In this document: piece after piece, positions 59,119 to 64,000 of the stretch
How positions within the stretch are numbered: position 1 is the first letter of the stretch
How the letters are laid out: every line of letters starts with the position of its first letter
DNA from: Acidobacteriota bacterium
GTDB lineage: Bacteria; Acidobacteriota; UBA890; WLXD01
Direction of reading: 5' to 3'
Assembly: GCA_963666055.2 (NCBI GenBank)
Contig: CAXWPH010000015.1
Coordinates: 1,120,001-1,184,000, forward strand
DNA length: 64,000 nt
The notes under the pieces: generated by a model
Told to the model about the DNA's origin: nothing
The model's database searches: none
What the model saw: only the letters and a program-made list of their open reading frames with translations
Position numbers and translations under genes: made by a program

Positions 59119-62100
59119 ATGAAGCTGGCTCCGTTCCGTTCGCGTCCACGCTGCCTTTCGTTCGCCTTTGCCGCCCTCGGCGCCCTGATCGTCGCGGCGT
59201 CGGTGGCGAGCGCCCAACAAGGCTCGGCCGGCGGTGACGATGGGCTGCCCTTGGAGCCCGACGGCAAGCTCGAGTTCACTACGGACGAGGGAACGTGGTT
59301 GTCGCTCGACGTGTTCCCCGACGGCCAGTCTCTGGTGTTCGACCTGCTCGGCGACCTCTACACGCTTCCGATCGGTGGCGGTACAGCGACGCGGATCACC
59401 GAGGGAATGGGTTTCGACAGCCAGCCGCGTGTATCGCCGGACGGCCAGCGGATCGCCTTCATCAGCGATCGGAACGGCAGCAACAACCTGTGGATTGCCC
59501 GCGCCGATGGCACGCAGCCACGCAAGCTGTCGTCGGAGCGCCGAGCGGCAATGATCTCGCCGGCGTGGACGCCCGACAGCCAGTACGTGATCGTGACGCG
59601 GCGCGAGACGCGATCCGAGCTGCGCATGTATCACGTCAACGGCGGCTCGGGCCTGACCCTGGGTAAACCGAGGCAGCCCGGCGAAGCGACCCCTGGTCCC
59701 GGTCGTGGCCCCACCGGGCCAGCGCAATTGGGAGCGGCGATGTCACCTGACGGTCGCTACCTGTACTTTTCCCAATCCGGTACCCGTAGCGCCGCCAACT
59801 TCCCGAGTTGGCAAATCGCGCGTATGGACATGCGCAGCGGCGACATCGATGTGCTAACCCAGGCGGAGTACAGTGCCGTGCGGCCGGCGCTGTCGCCCGA
59901 TGGAAGTCAACTCGTATACGCCACGCGCCACGAAACCCGCACCGGGCTTCGAGTTCGGAATCTCGAAACTGGTGCTGATCGCTGGTTGATATGGCCGGTG
60001 CAGCGCGACGAGATGGAGAGCGGCGCCGCGCCGAGCCGCGACACATTCCCAGGCTACGCGTTTACTCCTGATGGTGAGTCGGTGGTCGTAACCGCCGGCG
60101 GCAAGCTGTGGCGCGTGAACGTCGCCGACGGAGCTCCTTCGGCCATTCCGTTCATTGCCGACGTGGCCCTCGATATCGGCCCCGAGCTGGAGTTTCCCTA
60201 CCGACTGGAACAGGGGCCGGTGCGCGCCCGACTCATCCAGGATCCACAACAGTCGCCCGACGGCCAGCGGATCGCCATGTCGGTGCTCACCAAGATCTAC
60301 GTGATGGATCTTGCCGCCGCCGCCCCGCGACGGCTGACGGCCGGCGATGCCTGGGAGTTCAAACCCGCCTGGTCGCCGGACGGCGAGTGGATCGCCTACG
60401 TGACGTGGTCGATGAACGATGGCGGGCAGATCTGGCGTATGCGCGCCGACGGCGGCGGTTCACCTCAGCAGCTCAGCGAGCACCCGGCCTTCTATACCGA
60501 CATCGCCTACTCGCCTGAGGGCACGCGCATCGTCGGCCTGCGGGGCAACGAGTACGTGCGCCATCAGACCTTCAGCGAGTTCGGTGGCCTGCGGCTGCCG
60601 CTGGATCTGGTTTGGTTACCGGCCGAGGGAGGGAATGTGGAGCTGGTAGTGCCGGCGCGCGGTGTCGGCGCACCACATTTCTCCGGCGATCCGGAGCGCA
60701 TCTTCGTCTACTCCGACGACGGGCTGATCTCGCTTCGATACGACGGTACGGATCGTCAGGTTCACCTGAAGGTCACCGGCCCGTCTCGAGGTCCGCGCCC
60801 TGCTGCGGCGAACCGTGTGCTGATGCGCCCCAGCGGTGACTGGGCGCTCGCCTCGGTGAACAACCAACTCTGGGTCGTCGCCGTGCCACGGATCGCCGCT
60901 GAGCCGGAGGTTTCCGTTCGCGACGCGTCAGTGCCGGCTGAGCAGATTACCGACATCGGTGCCGACTACTTCGCATGGGCCGATGGTGGCGACACGATCA
61001 CCTGGGCGATCGGCTCGACGTTTTACCGGCGTGCCTTCGATACGATCGATTTCACCCCCGAGGCGACGGATGCCGACGAGGCGGAGGACGATTCTGCGGC
61101 CACCCAAGCCGACGCCAGCGATGAGCGCGGTGCCGGCGACGCGGACGAAGACCAGGAACCCGACGCCGATGACGACGAGCCGCACGCGCCGCGCGATGAT
61201 GCGGAGCACGTCGACTCGATCGAGGTCGTCCTCGAGTTCCCGCGCGCCACGCCGAAGGGGACGATCGTGCTGCGCGGTGGTACCGCCATCACCATGGCCG
61301 GCGACGCGATCATCGCCGACGCCGACATCGTGGTCACCGACAACCGCATCGTAGCGGTGGGGCAACGCGGGCAGGTGGAGATTCCGAATGGCGCCCGTCA
61401 GTTCGATATCACCGGCAAGTACGTCGTACCCGGCTTTATCGACACTCACGCGCATTGGGAGTTTCGCACCCACGACGTGCTAGAGCCGCAGAACTGGAGC
61501 CTGGTCGCCAACCTTGCATACGGCGTTACCGCTGGGCTCGACGTGCAGACATCGACCAACGACTACCTCGCCTATCAGGATCTGGTGGACACCGGGCAAT
61601 CGCTGGGCCAGCGCGCCCTGATGACCGGTGTCGGCATCTTTTCCAACAACGACTTCCAGAGCTACGAGGCAACGCTCGACTACTTGCGTCGCTATGTGCG
61701 CCACTATCGCATCAGGAACATCAAGTCGTACATGGTAGGTAATCGGCGACAGCGACAGTGGGTGGTGAAAGCATCGAAGGAGCTCGGGCTCATCCCCACA
61801 ACCGAGGGCGGCCGCAACTTGGCCCTCGACCTCACCCACGCCATCGACGGCATGCACGGAAACGAGCACACGCTTCCGGTCACGCCGCTGTTCAAGGACG
61901 TCGTGGAGCTTTTCGCGCGAACCCTGACGGCGTACACGCCAACCCTGCTGGTGCAGTACGGCGGGACGATCGCCGAAGAGTATTTCTACTCGCGTACCGA
62001 GGTACACGACGACCCGAAGCTCAATCGCTTCTACCCGCACAATCGGCTCGACGAGATGTCACGCCGCCGTCGTGGCTGGGTTCGCGACGACGAGTTCAGC

Positions 62101-62517
62101 TTCGATGAAGCGGCCGCCGACGCTGCCAAGATCCAGCGTGCCGGCGGCCTGGTCGGCGTCGGTGGCCACGGTCAATTACAGGGTCTTGGCTACCACTGGG
62201 AGATGTGGGCCCTCGCTATGGGTGGCATGACGTCGCGCGAGGTGCTGCAGGCGGCGACCATCGACGGCGCCCGCATCATCGGCATCGAGCAGGACCTCGG
62301 CAGCCTCGTAGCCGGCAAGCTGGCGGATCTCGTGGTACTCGACGCCAACCCGCTCGACGACATACACAACACCAACACGGTGCATTGGGTGATGAAGAAC
62401 GGCGAGCTATTTGATGGCGACACGCTGAATCAGCTGTGGCCGGTGGAAAAGGAGCTGCCGCGCTTCTGGTGGTGGGACGCCGAGCCCGAGGACGCGAGGC
62501 TAACGAAGCCGGAATGA
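59119..62517 (+). CDS. Secreted PD40/TolB-propeller plus amidohydrolase fusion protein
   Basis: EGTWLSLDVFPDG, several SPDG repeats, VPGFIDTHAH, GGHGQLQGLG, GSLVAGKLADLVVL. Confidence 0.92.
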   Translation: MKLAPFRSRPRCLSFAFAALGALIVAASVASAQQGSAGGDDGLPLEPDGKLEFTTDEGTWLSLDVFPDGQSLVFDLLGDLYTLPIGGGTATRITEGMGFDSQPRVSPDGQRIAFISDRNGSNNLWIARADGTQPRKLSSERRAAMISPAWTPDSQYVIVTRRETRSELRMYHVNGGSGLTLGKPRQPGEATPGPGRGPTGPAQLGAAMSPDGRYLYFSQSGTRSAANFPSWQIARMDMRSGDIDVLTQAEYSAVRPALSPDGSQLVYATRHETRTGLRVRNLETGADRWLIWPVQRDEMESGAAPSRDTFPGYAFTPDGESVVVTAGGKLWRVNVADGAPSAIPFIADVALDIGPELEFPYRLEQGPVRARLIQDPQQSPDGQRIAMSVLTKIYVMDLAAAAPRRLTAGDAWEFKPAWSPDGEWIAYVTWSMNDGGQIWRMRADGGGSPQQLSEHPAFYTDIAYSPEGTRIVGLRGNEYVRHQTFSEFGGLRLPLDLVWLPAEGGNVELVVPARGVGAPHFSGDPERIFVYSDDGLISLRYDGTDRQVHLKVTGPSRGPRPAAANRVLMRPSGDWALASVNNQLWVVAVPRIAAEPEVSVRDASVPAEQITDIGADYFAWADGGDTITWAIGSTFYRRAFDTIDFTPEATDADEAEDDSAATQADASDERGAGDADEDQEPDADDDEPHAPRDDAEHVDSIEVVLEFPRATPKGTIVLRGGTAITMAGDAIIADADIVVTDNRIVAVGQRGQVEIPNGARQFDITGKYVVPGFIDTHAHWEFRTHDVLEPQNWSLVANLAYGVTAGLDVQTSTNDYLAYQDLVDTGQSLGQRALMTGVGIFSNNDFQSYEATLDYLRRYVRHYRIRNIKSYMVGNRRQRQWVVKASKELGLIPTTEGGRNLALDLTHAIDGMHGNEHTLPVTPLFKDVVELFARTLTAYTPTLLVQYGGTIAEEYFYSRTEVHDDPKLNRFYPHNRLDEMSRRRRGWVRDDEFSFDEAAADAAKIQRAGGLVGVGGHGQLQGLGYHWEMWALAMGGMTSREVLQAATIDGARIIGIEQDLGSLVAGKLADLVVLDANPLDDIHNTNTVHWVMKNGELFDGDTLNQLWPVEKELPRFWWWDAEPEDARLTKPE

Positions 62518-62525
62518 ACGATTGT

Positions 62526-62557
62526 GCAAACTCTTCGTGTCCGCGGACCGTCTAACG
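62526..62557 (+). promoter_or_regulatory. Putative ECF-sigma promoter (CAAAC-N17-CGTCTAA)
   Basis: aaactctt and cgtctaacg blocks identical to those at 1809-1837, upstream of another ADOP permease. Confidence 0.45.
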
Positions 62558-62615
62558 AGGCGATGGTCCTGAAGGCCTTGCGGCACCCCTGTGCGAATCC
62601 CCCAACCGAGTTCCG

Positions 62616-64000
62616 ATGACTGCCTTCAAGTTCGCCTTCCGAACGCTTGCCCACACGCCCTTCGTTACCGCTGTTGCGATTCTCTCACTGGCGCTCGGCA
62701 TCGGCGCCAACGCGGCGATCTTCTCGCTGTTCGATCAGCTGTTGCTCAAGTCTCTGCCGGTGCAAGACCCGGGCACCCTCGTAAATTTCGCCAACCCGGG
62801 GCCGAAGCCCGGATCGCAGTCGTGCGGTGGCGCGGGTGATTGCAGCGAGGTGTTCAGCTACCCGATGTTCAAGGATCTGGAGGCCGCAGAAAGCGGCTTT
62901 TCGGGCATCGCCGCGCACATGGCCTTCGGCGCCAATCTGGCTCAGGACGGAGAGACGGTACACGGGCGCGGCATGCTGGTGTCGGGCTCCTATTTCGGTG
63001 TGCTCGGTGTACGCCCGGCGCTGGGACGGCTGCTCGGCCCCGCCGACGACCAGAACATCGGCGAGCACTTCGTCGCCGTCTTGAGCCACGACTACTGGCG
63101 TAATCGCCTGGGCGGCGATCCGGGTGTGCTCAACGAGACGATCATCGCCAACGGCAAGTCGATGACGATCGTCGGCGTTGCACAGGAGGGGTTTCGCGGC
63201 ACGACGTTCGGCGGCGAGCCCGACATCTTCATCCCGCTCGTCATGCGCAACGCCATGTTTCCTACTTGGCCGGGATTCGAAAGTCGCCGCGGTTACTGGG
63301 CATACCTGTTCGGTCGCCTCGAGCCGGGCGTGTCGATCGAGCGCGCCGGGGCGGAGCTCAACAACCTTTACGCGGCCGTCCTCAATGACGTGGAGGCCGA
63401 GCTACAGACGAGCATGAGCGACGCGACGATGGAACGATTCCGCGCCAGGGAGCTGGTCTTCGAGCCGGGCCACAGAGGACAGAGCGAGTTCTACGATGAG
63501 GCGCGCATGCCTCTCTTGCTGCTGTTCGGGATCACCGGCACGGTGCTGCTGATCGCTTGCGCCAACATCGCCAACCTCTTGCTGGCGCGAGGCGCCCAGC
63601 GCGAACAGGAGATCGCCATCCGCGGCTCGATTGGCGCCAGTCGCTGGCAGCTCCTGCGCCAGCTGCTGCTGGAATCGTGCCTCTTGGCGATGCTCGGCGG
63701 CATCGCCAGCCTGTTGGTTGCCCAGTGGACGCTGGCGGCAATCGGGGCGGCAGTGCCGGCGGATGGGCTCGCCACCATCACGCTCGAGCTGCGCCCAGCT
63801 GTGGTGGCGTTCGCCGCCATCCTGGCGCTCGGTACCGGCCTCGTTTTCGGGCTCTACCCAGCGTTGCACAGCACACGGTCCGATTTGTCCACGGTGCTGC
63901 GATCCAACGCCGGGCAAGCGGCGGGCGATATCGATGCGGCGCGTTTTCGCCGGTCGCTGGTGATCGCGCAGATTGCCCTGTCGACGGCGCTCCTGGTGGT
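62616..64000 (+). CDS. ADOP-family ABC permease, partial (runs off window)
   Basis: MTAFKFAFRTL...[63 protein letters not shown]; open to the window end. Confidence 0.93.
   Translation, partial: MTAFKFAFRTLAHTPFVTAVAILSLALGIGANAAIFSLFDQLLLKSLPVQDPGTLVNFANPGPKPGSQSCGGAGDCSEVFSYPMFKDLEAAESGFSGIAAHMAFGANLAQDGETVHGRGMLVSGSYFGVLGVRPALGRLLGPADDQNIGEHFVAVLSHDYWRNRLGGDPGVLNETIIANGKSMTIVGVAQEGFRGTTFGGEPDIFIPLVMRNAMFPTWPGFESRRGYWAYLFGRLEPGVSIERAGAELNNLYAAVLNDVEAELQTSMSDATMERFRARELVFEPGHRGQSEFYDEARMPLLLLFGITGTVLLIACANIANLLLARGAQREQEIAIRGSIGASRWQLLRQLLLESCLLAMLGGIASLLVAQWTLAAIGAAVPADGLATITLELRPAVVAFAAILALGTGLVFGLYPALHSTRSDLSTVLRSNAGQAAGDIDAARFRRSLVIAQIALSTALLV

Noticed and set aside
61061-61210. Acidic low-complexity stretch in the amidohydrolase fusion
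   Set aside because: An ordinary flexible linker between the propeller and catalytic domains.

Overview
A GC-rich bacterial window. Three ADOP-type duplicated ABC permeases with PadR partners, a TolB-propeller C-terminus, and NHL, PQQ and amidohydrolase genes suggest Acidobacteriota (inference). It is mostly a mosaic of transport and catabolic genes. Main results: (1) a compact minus-strand operon, lspA-like / divergent lgt-like / small lipobox protein with an atypical signal peptide / 871-aa beta-rich plus tandem redoxin protein (37921-42216), which looks like a dedicated, possibly undescribed lipoprotein-maturation system. (2) A rhodanese-type sulfurtransferase with an in-frame TGA at the catalytic Cys followed by a SECIS-like hairpin, so a probable selenoprotein (22173-23024). 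(3) A complete quinohemoprotein amine dehydrogenase cluster qhpG-A-D-C-B-F-E (43644-52391) whose QhpC has an extra Cys-x5-Asp motif and altered pocket residues. (4) A ~280-bp CTAG-bounded MITE family sitting on TAG stop codons, with full, half, stub and 28-bp mini copies. (5) Several decayed genes: nitrile hydratase beta/alpha, a GcvT-family dehydrogenase, one ADOP permease and an aminotransferase remnant. No rRNA, intact tRNA, CRISPR array or transposase was seen. All family calls come from motif recognition by eye; no database searches were run.
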